The notes under the pieces were generated by a model that searched no databases, was not told the DNA's origin, and worked only from the letters and a program-made list of their open reading frames with translations. Positions 1-8,759 of a stretch of DNA of 64,000 nt are shown piece by piece. Where the stretch lies: NCBI GenBank assembly GCA_015233675.1, contig JADFXH010000002.1:78794-142793 (forward strand), given 5' to 3'. Each line of letters begins with the position of its first letter. Positions within the stretch are counted from its first letter, which is position 1. This DNA comes from Candidatus Omnitrophota bacterium. GTDB lineage: Bacteria > Omnitrophota > Gorgyraeia > Zapsychrales > Fredricksoniimonadaceae. Made by a program: the position numbers and the translations under genes.

Positions 1-1094
1 TGGAGTACTATTTATTAGTTTCCGGCGCCCATCTTCAGGAGAATTTTGGTTACACGGTTAAAGAAATCGAACAGGACGGATTCAAGGTGCATCGCGAAGT
101 AAAACTTGATATGCCCAGCGATGATTTGTTTGGTACCGCCCAGGCTATTGGTTCTGGAATTTTAAGTTTAAGCCAGATCCTTAAGGATTTAAAACCGGAT
201 ATTCTTGTAGTTTATGCCGATCGTTTTGAAGGCTTTGCCGCCGTTATCACTGGTACTCAAATGGGAATACCGACGGCACATATCGAGGGCGGAGATATTA
301 CCGAGGGAGGAGCCCTGGATGATATGGTCCGCCATGCGATGACTAAATTGGCTCACTTGCATTTTACAACAAATGCCGACGCATCCTTGCGTATTACGAA
401 AATGGGAGAAGAGCCTTGGAGAATTTATACCGTAGGGTTCCCTGCCATCGATGTGATCATGGAAGGCCGATACGCCAAGCCGGTAGAAATTCAAGAAAAA
501 TATCATATTGATTTAAACCGTCCGGTTGTCCTTTACACCCAGCATTCTATCGCAACCGAGTTTAAGCAAGCCGGGGAGCAGATCATTCCCGCTTTAAACG
601 CTTTGTCCAATTTGGCCGCGGAAGGCCTTCAGGTGGTCATGACCTTCCCTAATAATGATGCAGGAAGCTCGTTGATCGTGGATTGCTTGAAAGCGCTTGA
701 TGTTAATAAAAAGAAAAATATACAACTCCATGCCAGTTTGGGCAGGTATTTTTATCACGGTTTTTTGTCATTATGCGGCCGCGTTGGAAGGGGCGTATGC
801 GTTGGAAACTCTTCCAGCGGTATTAAAGAGACTGTTGCCTTTGGTTGTCCGACGGTTAATATCGGGGACCGGCAAAAGGGACGTTTGCGGGCATTGAATG
901 TCATTGATGTCGATTATGACGAAAATAAGATTTATGCGGCTATTAAAAGGTGTATAGAGGATAAAGACTTTAGGCATCTTTGTCAGACCTGTGAGAATCC
1001 ATATGGTACAGGTGATGCAGGGAAGAAAATTGCTGAGACCCTGGCGGGGGTGCCATTAGATTTGAAATTATTACAAAAGAAAATGACTTATTGA
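1..1094 (+). CDS. neuC: UDP-N-acetylglucosamine 2-epimerase, NeuC-like (hydrolysing type); the 5' end lies outside the window
   Basis: The frame of ORF 87..1094 stays open back to base 3 (EYYLLVSGAHLQENFGYTVKEIEQDGFK...), so the listed GTG is internal. Epimerase_2 hallmarks are present: PDILVVYADRFE, HIEGGD, RHAMTKLAHLHF, GNSSSG. Confidence 0.8.
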   Translation, partial: EYYLLVSGAHLQENFGYTVKEIEQDGFKVHREVKLDMPSDDLFGTAQAIGSGILSLSQILKDLKPDILVVYADRFEGFAAVITGTQMGIPTAHIEGGDITEGGALDDMVRHAMTKLAHLHFTTNADASLRITKMGEEPWRIYTVGFPAIDVIMEGRYAKPVEIQEKYHIDLNRPVVLYTQHSIATEFKQAGEQIIPALNALSNLAAEGLQVVMTFPNNDAGSSLIVDCLKALDVNKKKNIQLHASLGRYFYHGFLSLCGRVGRGVCVGNSSSGIKETVAFGCPTVNIGDRQKGRLRALNVIDVDYDENKIYAAIKRCIEDKDFRHLCQTCENPYGTGDAGKKIAETLAGVPLDLKLLQKKMTY

Positions 1095-1116
1095 AAATGA
1101 GCCGGAAAGGCGTGCT

Positions 1117-2916
1117 GTGTTCAAATTATTAGCTCAGGTTAAGAATCTTTTCGGGAAAGAAGATCATCCGAAATTTTTCGGTCTTTTTCTGGGCATTGCT
1201 CTTAATTCCCTGTTTGAGATTATAGGTATCGGCCTTATCCTTCCCCTGATTGCGCTCTTGGGCCGGCCGGGCCTTTTAACAACCAATCCGACATTGAGCA
1301 AAGTTTATAATTTTTTCCATTGCCCGCCCTTTTCCCAATTCATGATTGCGATTGCCTTTGGGGTTCTGGTTGTTTTTGTAGTTAAAAATATAATATTGTT
1401 TTTCCTTTCCTATTGGCAGACCAGATTTATTAATGAAAAACAGGTATTTCTTGTGTCTAGGCTTTTTCGGGCCTATTTAATGAGTCCGTATAGCTTTCAT
1501 CTCAAAGTCAATTTAGCTCAATTGCAGCGAAATTTGGCAGCGGTCAATGGAGTCATGCAATTTCTCGTGCTGCAGATATTTAACGCTTTAACCGAGATTG
1601 TGTTGGTGGCATGTTTGTTTATAGTGCTTTTGTTAACAAATGCTCTTCTTACTATTGTGGTCGTTGCTGTTTTGGGAGTCAGCATGTTTTTTTATTTGAG
1701 ATTTTTTAGAAATAGGTTATACAGGTGGGGAGAGAACTATAATAGAAATATGGCTTTATTAATGCAACAGATGAATCAGGGATTGGGAAGCATCAAAGAA
1801 GCAAAGCTTTTGGGGAAAGAATATTTTTTTGCCAATCAGTATCAATATTATTGGGAGCAGATTGCCCAGCAGACAACCAAGAGCGATGTGGTAACAAAGA
1901 GTCCTCGGTTGTTCATAGAGACAGTTGTTATCAGCCTTATGATGGCGGCGATGATCATTTATCTTTCTACAGGGCAGGCACCGGAAAGAATTTTTACAAC
2001 AATATCGTTGTTTGCGATCGTGGCCATTCGTTTGATGCCAAGTCTCAACCGGATCAGTGCGGCCTGGGGCACAATAAAAGGCTGTATGCCGGTTTTTGCT
2101 ACAATTTATGATGATTTGGTCAACTGCGAAAAAATGGGCACAATACAACAAAAGCGAACGCAAGAAGGCCAGCAGATAACATTCCAAGAAAAGATTACAA
2201 TGGACGTTATTGATTTTTCGTATGAAAGCACCAAAAAATTAGCTCTGGAACATGTTTCATTAACAATTTTAAAGAATAGTACTGTTGGATTTGTGGGGCC
2301 GTCAGGCGCGGGAAAAACCACTGCCGTTGATATCATTTTGGGACTTTTGGAAGCGAATTCAGGTGAGGTCAAGGTCGATGGCATCAATATCCAGCGTAAT
2401 CTCAGGGCTTGGCAGAAAAAAATCGGTTATATCCCCCAAGCTATTTATTTATGTGATGATTCGATCAAAACCAATATTGCTTTTGGGGTAAACCCTGCGG
2501 ATATCGATGAAGAAAAAGTACGGCAGGCACTGCGTTTGGCACAATTGGATGAATTCATTAATTGCCTGCCTGACGGCTTGGAAACTACGGTCGGTGAGCG
2601 AGGGATCCGGCTTTCAGGCGGTCAGCGCCAGCGTATTGGAATCGCGCGGGCTTTGTATAATAATCCTCAGGTGCTGGTCATGGACGAAGCGACGGCGGCG
2701 CTTGATAATGAAACAGAGCATGATTTTATGGATGCGCTCAATAATTTGTCCAAAGATAAAACAATTATTATTATAGCTCACCGGTTAACGACGGTTAGCC
2801 ACTGCGATAAGATCTTTTTTTTAAAGGATGGAAAACTTATTGCCGAGGGGAAGTACCAGCAATTGCTAAGCAACTGCCCTGAATTTCGTCAAATGGCCGG
2901 GGCAGGGCATTTTTGA
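1117..2916 (+). CDS. ABC exporter, fused permease/ATPase (MsbA/PglK-type half transporter)
   Basis: N-terminal multi-TM domain followed by an NBD with Walker A GPSGAGKTT, signature LSGGQRQR, Walker B LVMDEATAALD and H-loop IIIAHRL. Confidence 0.9.
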   Translation: MFKLLAQVKNLFGKEDHPKFFGLFLGIALNSLFEIIGIGLILPLIALLGRPGLLTTNPTLSKVYNFFHCPPFSQFMIAIAFGVLVVFVVKNIILFFLSYWQTRFINEKQVFLVSRLFRAYLMSPYSFHLKVNLAQLQRNLAAVNGVMQFLVLQIFNALTEIVLVACLFIVLLLTNALLTIVVVAVLGVSMFFYLRFFRNRLYRWGENYNRNMALLMQQMNQGLGSIKEAKLLGKEYFFANQYQYYWEQIAQQTTKSDVVTKSPRLFIETVVISLMMAAMIIYLSTGQAPERIFTTISLFAIVAIRLMPSLNRISAAWGTIKGCMPVFATIYDDLVNCEKMGTIQQKRTQEGQQITFQEKITMDVIDFSYESTKKLALEHVSLTILKNSTVGFVGPSGAGKTTAVDIILGLLEANSGEVKVDGINIQRNLRAWQKKIGYIPQAIYLCDDSIKTNIAFGVNPADIDEEKVRQALRLAQLDEFINCLPDGLETTVGERGIRLSGGQRQRIGIARALYNNPQVLVMDEATAALDNETEHDFMDALNNLSKDKTIIIIAHRLTTVSHCDKIFFLKDGKLIAEGKYQQLLSNCPEFRQMAGAGHF

Positions 2917-2951
2917 TGGTTTGGATTTGAAATTTCTGAGGGGATTAAAGG

Positions 2952-3800
2952 ATGCGTAATGTATATTGTGTTGTGCCTATAAGAGAGCAAATCCGCTACA
3001 GGATCAGGACTTACTGGCATTTGTTTCGGTATTACAAAAATTTTATGTGGCCTCACAGGGAATTGTTAAAAAAGACTGCAAATCTTCGCGGTATTCATAA
3101 GGGGCAAAACGCGTTCGTTTTTGGCTGTGGGCCATCGCTCAAGAGATTGGATATTCAGAAAATCAAACAATACCAGAAGAAAGAAAAATTTAATATATAT
3201 GCTGTTAATGCGTTTATCAATTCTGAATTTTGTCAGGAAGTTATTCCAGATTATTATATTTTATCTGACCCGCAAAGTTTTAAGCCGGAAAAAGAGTACA
3301 GTGCCACTGCAAGTCTTGTATGGAAGAAGTTAAACCAATATCATGTGCCGTTATTTGTCCCTGCTGACTTGTATCAACAGGCAGATTATCAACATAAGTT
3401 TATTTTTTGTGATCAAGCCAACCTTTATTCACGCAATGTCACAGACCCGCTTAGCCCTGCAGGTTTTTTGTCTTTAACGGTTCTAAAGGCCATACAAATC
3501 GCTTTGTTCATGGGGCATGAGAAAATATATATTTGCGGTGTAGATCATGACCATTTTAAATCTCTCTATGTGGATGAGCATAATGACCTTTATTTTGATG
3601 ATACACATTTTTACGGGGGTGATAAGAAAAACATTTACAGGTTGAAGGGTTGGGAAGCAACAATGATGAATCAGTTTTATCTGTCTTGTCTGGTGTGGGA
3701 GTCTTTTGCCAGGTTCAGGCATTGCCCGATTATCAATTTGAATCCGGAAAGTTTTGTCGACACCTTTACCAAGCAGCATGATTTGGATGTTTATAGATGA
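2952..3800 (+). CDS. DUF115/MptE-like protein with a GT42 (Cst-II)-like layout; putative nonulosonic-acid transferase
   Basis: Glycine loop FVFGCGPSL, then IYAVNAF and PDYYILSDP, and later MGHEKIYICGVDH. This order matches what I recall for DUF115/Maf and Cst-II-type sialyltransferases. It sits two genes downstream of neuC. Confidence 0.5.
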   Translation: MRNVYCVVPIREQIRYRIRTYWHLFRYYKNFMWPHRELLKKTANLRGIHKGQNAFVFGCGPSLKRLDIQKIKQYQKKEKFNIYAVNAFINSEFCQEVIPDYYILSDPQSFKPEKEYSATASLVWKKLNQYHVPLFVPADLYQQADYQHKFIFCDQANLYSRNVTDPLSPAGFLSLTVLKAIQIALFMGHEKIYICGVDHDHFKSLYVDEHNDLYFDDTHFYGGDKKNIYRLKGWEATMMNQFYLSCLVWESFARFRHCPIINLNPESFVDTFTKQHDLDVYR

Positions 3801-3829
3801 ATGGTTATCCTTTAAGAAAGGAATTTTAA

Positions 3830-5332
3830 GTGAAGAAAGTTTTGTTAATAAATCCTCCACGTAATCATTATTCAAATTCTAATCAGCTGGTAATCGGACT
3901 TCCACTGGGGCTTATGAATTTGGCAAAGTACCTACAGAGGCATTCAATATCGGTATCTATTTTAGATTGCCTGGTTGGTTCTTTTGAGGTTCAGCAAAAA
4001 GACAATCATGTAGTACAGGGCATGCCTTTTAATGAACTACAACGCAGAGTTTCTCTTGCAGATCCTGATATTATCGGGATTGCATTCCCTTTTTCGACCC
4101 AATATGATATTTGTGTAGAGACAGTCAAAATTATTAAACAAGTATTGCCCCATGTGCGCATTATCGCAGGTGGTGCCCATGTAACTGTCGCGGCTGAGGA
4201 TCTAATGAGGGCTTCTTCACAAATTGATATATGCGTTATAGGTGAAGGAGAACGAACGCTCTATGAATTAGTGGATAATTATAGCAGTAGGAATAAAAAT
4301 TTTACATCTTTAGACAAAATAAATGGCATTGTTTTCAGAGATGCGCACGGAAACTTGCAGCGCACAAAACCTCGTGAAAATATTATGGATCTCGATGAGC
4401 TGGGCTATCCAGCTTACGATTTGGTAGACATGGAGAAATATCTTCACAACGAATACTCATACGGAAGGCCGCCAGGGTTAGAAAGCGTAAACAGGATCAA
4501 TATGATCACAAGCCGGGGCTGTCCTTTCAATTGCGTATTTTGTTCGATTCATCTTTCCATGGGACGGAAATGGAGATCTCAATCGGCCGAACATGTAGTG
4601 AGCCATATTGAATTTTTGGTAAAGAACTTTGGTGTTAAATATTTTCATTTTGAAGACGATAATTTATCTTGTGATGTTAACAGATTTGACAGGATAATGG
4701 ATATGATTGTTGAATGGGGTATTAAGATAAATTGGGATAACCAAAATGGGATGCGAGCTGACAGATGGACCTATGAACGTCTTTTAAAAGCAAAAAAAAG
4801 CGGATGTTCGCTGTTAAATATTGCAATAGAAAGTGGAAATCAGGAAGTATTAGATCTTATTATTGGGAAAAAGTTAAAATTAAAAGATGTGCTCACAACT
4901 GTGAAGATGGCTAAAAAAGTGGGCATTCCGGTTTTTGCCTTCTTTGTTATTGGATTCCCGGGGGAAACTATTGCTCAGATGAAACAAACCCTTAACTTTT
5001 CGATTAAATTACGTATATTATATAACGCGTCTTCTGCGGTCATGGTTGCAACGCCATTTTTGGGCACGCGTCTTCATAAAATATGTGTAGAAAATGGTTA
5101 TATTACAAAACCAATTGATCCTCAGAATATTGCTAATGCAACGCTTGATAATACGGATTCAATAATTCGCACACCTTTATTTGGGCCTGAAGATATAAAG
5201 TTGCTTTCAATGTGGCATAGCAGGCAAATGTCTATGGCTCGCTATGCCAGGTTATTATTTAATCCAAAAGTGGCTTTTAGGAAGACTGTTAACAAATGTC
5301 AGCATTTTTTAAAAGGGCGGGATTTTGTTTAA
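3830..5332 (+). CDS. B12-binding-domain radical SAM protein
   Basis: N-terminal cobalamin-binding-like Rossmann region (IIGIAFPFST...RIIAGGAHVT...VIGEGE) followed by the radical-SAM cluster motif SRGCPFNCVFCS (CxxxCxxC). GTG start. Confidence 0.85.
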   Translation: MKKVLLINPPRNHYSNSNQLVIGLPLGLMNLAKYLQRHSISVSILDCLVGSFEVQQKDNHVVQGMPFNELQRRVSLADPDIIGIAFPFSTQYDICVETVKIIKQVLPHVRIIAGGAHVTVAAEDLMRASSQIDICVIGEGERTLYELVDNYSSRNKNFTSLDKINGIVFRDAHGNLQRTKPRENIMDLDELGYPAYDLVDMEKYLHNEYSYGRPPGLESVNRINMITSRGCPFNCVFCSIHLSMGRKWRSQSAEHVVSHIEFLVKNFGVKYFHFEDDNLSCDVNRFDRIMDMIVEWGIKINWDNQNGMRADRWTYERLLKAKKSGCSLLNIAIESGNQEVLDLIIGKKLKLKDVLTTVKMAKKVGIPVFAFFVIGFPGETIAQMKQTLNFSIKLRILYNASSAVMVATPFLGTRLHKICVENGYITKPIDPQNIANATLDNTDSIIRTPLFGPEDIKLLSMWHSRQMSMARYARLLFNPKVAFRKTVNKCQHFLKGRDFV

Positions 5333-5354
5333 GTGATAGTTGACAGAATTAAGA

Positions 5355-6356
5355 ATGAATAACATGAAGAATACTATCCTGGCATCAATTATAATTCCGA
5401 CTTTTAACAGGTGTTTTTTGCTTGAGAAAACCGTTGTTTCGTTGGTTAACCAAATCTTTGATTACGATAAGTTTGAGATCATTGTTATTGATAATGGATC
5501 AACTGATGAGACAAAAAGTGTTGTAGGGAAACTTACTATTGAACATCCTCAACATACGATTCGTTATATTTATGATGATGTCCCTGGCCTTCTTACTGGA
5601 AGACATAGAGGAGCAAAAGAGGCAAATTCAGATATTCTTTGTTTTGTTGACGATGACATTGAAGCGGCTCCTTGCTGGTTACAGGCTATTTGTGATGATT
5701 TTAAGGATCCTAATGTTCATCTTGTTGGGGGGAAATGTTTGCCGATTTATGATGTCCCACCACCGGAATGGGAAAAGTCTTTGTGGAGCAATAATAATGA
5801 TCTTAAGATGTGTTTGTATTATAGTTTGATAGATCAGGGTGATGTCAAAAAGGGCACGGATCCTAACTATATTTTTGGATTAAATTTTTGTATTAGAAGA
5901 CAGGTATTATTGAATTTAGGGGGGTTTCATCCGGATTGTATTCCAAAAAGGCTACAAAAATATCAAGGTGATGGGGAAACAGGGTTAACTATGATGTTTG
6001 CCAAAAAAGGATTAAGAGCGATGTATGACCCTAAGGCGTTAGTTTATCATCATGTTACTAAAGAAAGATTAACCATGGAATATCTGGAAAGTCGAATGTT
6101 TTATAATGGCGTAGGCTATTCATATTTTCTTGTTAGAAATCATTGCAAGCCAATACTTGTATTTAGATTGTTGCTCAGAGCAATAAAAATAAGAGTTAGA
6201 GGTTTATTAAGATGTTCAAAAGATGCATTCAGTGAAAGAATGAGAAATGCTTATCAAAGAGGGTTTGATTTTCATCAAAGTGAGATTAAAAATGATCCCA
6301 AATTGATTGGCTGGATAAAGAAAGAAAATTATTTCGATTATAGTTTGCCTGTTTGA
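5355..6356 (+). CDS. Glycosyltransferase family 2
   Basis: IIIPTFNR...VIDNGSTDET...CFVDDD (DxD). ATG 5355 is preferred over the TTG at 5340 given in the ORF track. Confidence 0.85.
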   Translation: MNNMKNTILASIIIPTFNRCFLLEKTVVSLVNQIFDYDKFEIIVIDNGSTDETKSVVGKLTIEHPQHTIRYIYDDVPGLLTGRHRGAKEANSDILCFVDDDIEAAPCWLQAICDDFKDPNVHLVGGKCLPIYDVPPPEWEKSLWSNNNDLKMCLYYSLIDQGDVKKGTDPNYIFGLNFCIRRQVLLNLGGFHPDCIPKRLQKYQGDGETGLTMMFAKKGLRAMYDPKALVYHHVTKERLTMEYLESRMFYNGVGYSYFLVRNHCKPILVFRLLLRAIKIRVRGLLRCSKDAFSERMRNAYQRGFDFHQSEIKNDPKLIGWIKKENYFDYSLPV

Positions 6357-6422
6357 GCCTCAATAGGGGTTTTATCAATAAGCGTTAGCTGCTAAAGCCG
6401 GCAAGGCGCGGGAAGGTAGAAT

Positions 6423-6863
6423 ATGGACGTTGAACAGATCGTTTATAAGGAACATATCTTGGCCTTTATCCTACGTAATGACTTCGACCACCAAGGGATT
6501 CATTTCTTCACCCCCGATGATTTTTCCCAGCAATTGGCTCATATGAGACGTCCCGGAGGCTATGTCATTGATCCGCATGTCCATAATGCTGTGCCCCGCA
6601 AAATTGAATGGACTCTGGAAGTTCTTTTTATTAAGAGAGGCAAGGTTCGCGTGGATTTCTATGACCAAAAGCGCATTTATTTAGAGAGTCGAGTGTTGAC
6701 TCAAGGGGATGTTATCCTGTTGGCGCAAGGCGGACATGGATTTACGATGCTGGAAGAAAGTGAGATCATTGAAGTAAAGCAGGGGCCGTATGCCGGTGAT
6801 CAGGATAAGACGCGTTTTTCGGGCATAAAGGACAATCAAGTGCAGTTTAAGGATCCATCCTGA
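6423..6863 (+). CDS. Small cupin-fold protein (WbuC/FdtA-like); possible sugar-nucleotide ketoisomerase
   Basis: 146 aa with an HVH...E...G beta-barrel pattern (IDPHVHNAVPRKIEWTLEVLFIKRGKVRVDFYD ... GGHGF). Its stop overlaps the start of the downstream aminotransferase (TGATG). The family assignment is tentative. Confidence 0.5.
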   Translation: MDVEQIVYKEHILAFILRNDFDHQGIHFFTPDDFSQQLAHMRRPGGYVIDPHVHNAVPRKIEWTLEVLFIKRGKVRVDFYDQKRIYLESRVLTQGDVILLAQGGHGFTMLEESEIIEVKQGPYAGDQDKTRFSGIKDNQVQFKDPS

Positions 6864-8005
6864 TGGACAAGAGAAATGCAAAACGTACTATACCTGTCTG
6901 TCAGCCGTTTTTAGATGGAGATGAGCTTTCCTATGTGACAGAAGCCCTTAATACCGGGTGGATTTCGTCATCGGGAGAATATGTCACAGCGTTTGAAGAA
7001 AAGTTTGCGGAATATTGCGCAGTTCGATACGGTGTAGCTGTTTGTAATGGGACAGTTGCTATTCATTTGGCACTGGTTGCCGTAGGAATAGGCCCTGGCG
7101 ATGAGGTCATTATCCCTGACTTCACCATGATTGCTACTGCGGTTGCGGTTATTTATACAGGAGCGAAACCTGTATTCGTTGATGCTGATGCCTCTACATG
7201 GAATATTGATATTTCAAAGATAGAGGCTGCCATCACATCCCGTACTAAAGCAATTATGCCTGTTTCACTGTTCGGCAATCCTTGTGATATGGATCATATC
7301 CACACCATCGCCCGTCAGCACGGTTTGAAAGTGATAGAGGATGCGGCAGAATCCCATGGGGCGGAGTATAAAGGGAAAAAAGTTGGCTCTTTGGCAGATG
7401 TCACTGCGTTTAGTTTCTTTGCAAACAAGATTTTGACCACAGGTGAAGGCGGGATGGTTGTGACTGATAATAAAGAACTTGCTGATCGCTGCCGTTATTT
7501 TAAGAATTTGTGTTTTCCCCTTTCCGGTCCCCGCAACTACATTCATGAAGATGTTGGGTTTAATTACCGGATATCAAATCTTCACGCTGCCATTGGTTTA
7601 GCCCAGGTTGAGAAGGCAGATGCCTATCGTGCGATGCGCATCCGAAATGCGGCGTTTTACCGTGAATGTCTTAAGGATATGCCGGAAATTAATTTTTCCA
7701 AAGATATGGCGGACAGCCTTAACGTGCATTGGATGAACGCCATTACCATTGACCCGGGGAAATCCGGCCGTGGACGGGATTTGCTAATGGAACATTTGAA
7801 GTCCCAAGGCGTAGAAACCCGGTTGCTTTTTGTGGGGATGCATCATCAGCCATGTTTACGTAAAGCCGGATGTGACTGTCAAGGTGATTATCCTGTCACG
7901 GATTATCTGACGGCAAACGGCCTGTATTTACCTTCAGGTAGCAATCTGAGCGAAGCCGATATCCAATATGTTTGTGAGAAGATCAGGGAGGTTGTCCGTG
8001 CCTGA
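6863..8005 (+). CDS. DegT/DnrJ/EryC1/StrS sugar aminotransferase, perosamine-synthase-like
   Basis: GWISSSGEYVTAFEEKFAEY, NGTVAIHLAL, PLP-lysine region FSFFANKILTTGEGGM, GFNYRISNLHAAIGLAQ. From memory it is collinear with Per/RfbE and NysDII-type enzymes. Confidence 0.9.
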   Translation: MDKRNAKRTIPVCQPFLDGDELSYVTEALNTGWISSSGEYVTAFEEKFAEYCAVRYGVAVCNGTVAIHLALVAVGIGPGDEVIIPDFTMIATAVAVIYTGAKPVFVDADASTWNIDISKIEAAITSRTKAIMPVSLFGNPCDMDHIHTIARQHGLKVIEDAAESHGAEYKGKKVGSLADVTAFSFFANKILTTGEGGMVVTDNKELADRCRYFKNLCFPLSGPRNYIHEDVGFNYRISNLHAAIGLAQVEKADAYRAMRIRNAAFYRECLKDMPEINFSKDMADSLNVHWMNAITIDPGKSGRGRDLLMEHLKSQGVETRLLFVGMHHQPCLRKAGCDCQGDYPVTDYLTANGLYLPSGSNLSEADIQYVCEKIREVVRA

Positions 8006-8759
8006 GGTTTTTAATGCTTACGCCAGTTATTATGATCTCCTTTATAAAGATAAGGATTACGCCGCGGAAGGCCGCTATATTGACGGGGTTATTCGGAAAT
8101 ACAAGCCTGGAGCAAAAACTGTTTTGAATATTGGGTGCGGTACGGGGAAGCATGACAGCTTCCTTGAAAAATTAAATTATCAGATATCGGGCGTTGACTG
8201 TAGCGATACCATGCTTATTGAGGCACGCAAGCGCGCTATTTTGGGGAAACTGGAATTTTTTAAGGGCGATGCCAGAGATTTCGATTTAGGCAAGAAATTT
8301 GATGTTGTTATCTCTTTGTTCCATGTGATGAGTTATCAAGTAACGGATAATGATATTCTGGCCGTTTTTCGTACAGCTGAAAAACATTTGGAGCAAGGAG
8401 GTGTTTTTATTTTTGATTTCTGGCATGGGGCAGGTGTTCTTAATGATCCGCCGGTTCTTCGTGTGAAACGCCTGGAGGACGAGATGGTCCGGGTGGTGCG
8501 TATTGCAGAACCTGTGATGCATAAAGACAGAAATGTGGTTGATGTGAATTATCAAATTTTTGTTCTTGCTAAACAATCAGGCGGTTATAGCGAACTGCAA
8601 GAGACTCACTCCATGAGGTATTTCTTTCTTCCTGAGATCAAAGATTTTCTTGCGAAAACGGGGTTTTTATTAACGGATGCCTATTCATGGATGTCAAATA
8701 AGCCTCTGGGGTTACAGTGGTACGGACTTGTTATTGCTAATAAAAAAGGCGGGATGTAA
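7998..8759 (+). CDS. Class I SAM-dependent methyltransferase, TylM1/DesVI-like (candidate amino-sugar N-methyltransferase)
   Basis: YDLLYKDKDYAAE, SAM motif LNIGCGTGKH, ARKR, GDARDFDLGKKFDVVISLF, HLEQGGVFIFDFW. These are collinear with TylM1 as I recall it. GTG 7998 sits behind gggagg and gives a GTGCCTGA overlap with the upstream stop. The ATG 7968 call in the track is probably too long. Confidence 0.7.
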   Translation: MPEVFNAYASYYDLLYKDKDYAAEGRYIDGVIRKYKPGAKTVLNIGCGTGKHDSFLEKLNYQISGVDCSDTMLIEARKRAILGKLEFFKGDARDFDLGKKFDVVISLFHVMSYQVTDNDILAVFRTAEKHLEQGGVFIFDFWHGAGVLNDPPVLRVKRLEDEMVRVVRIAEPVMHKDRNVVDVNYQIFVLAKQSGGYSELQETHSMRYFFLPEIKDFLAKTGFLLTDAYSWMSNKPLGLQWYGLVIANKKGGM

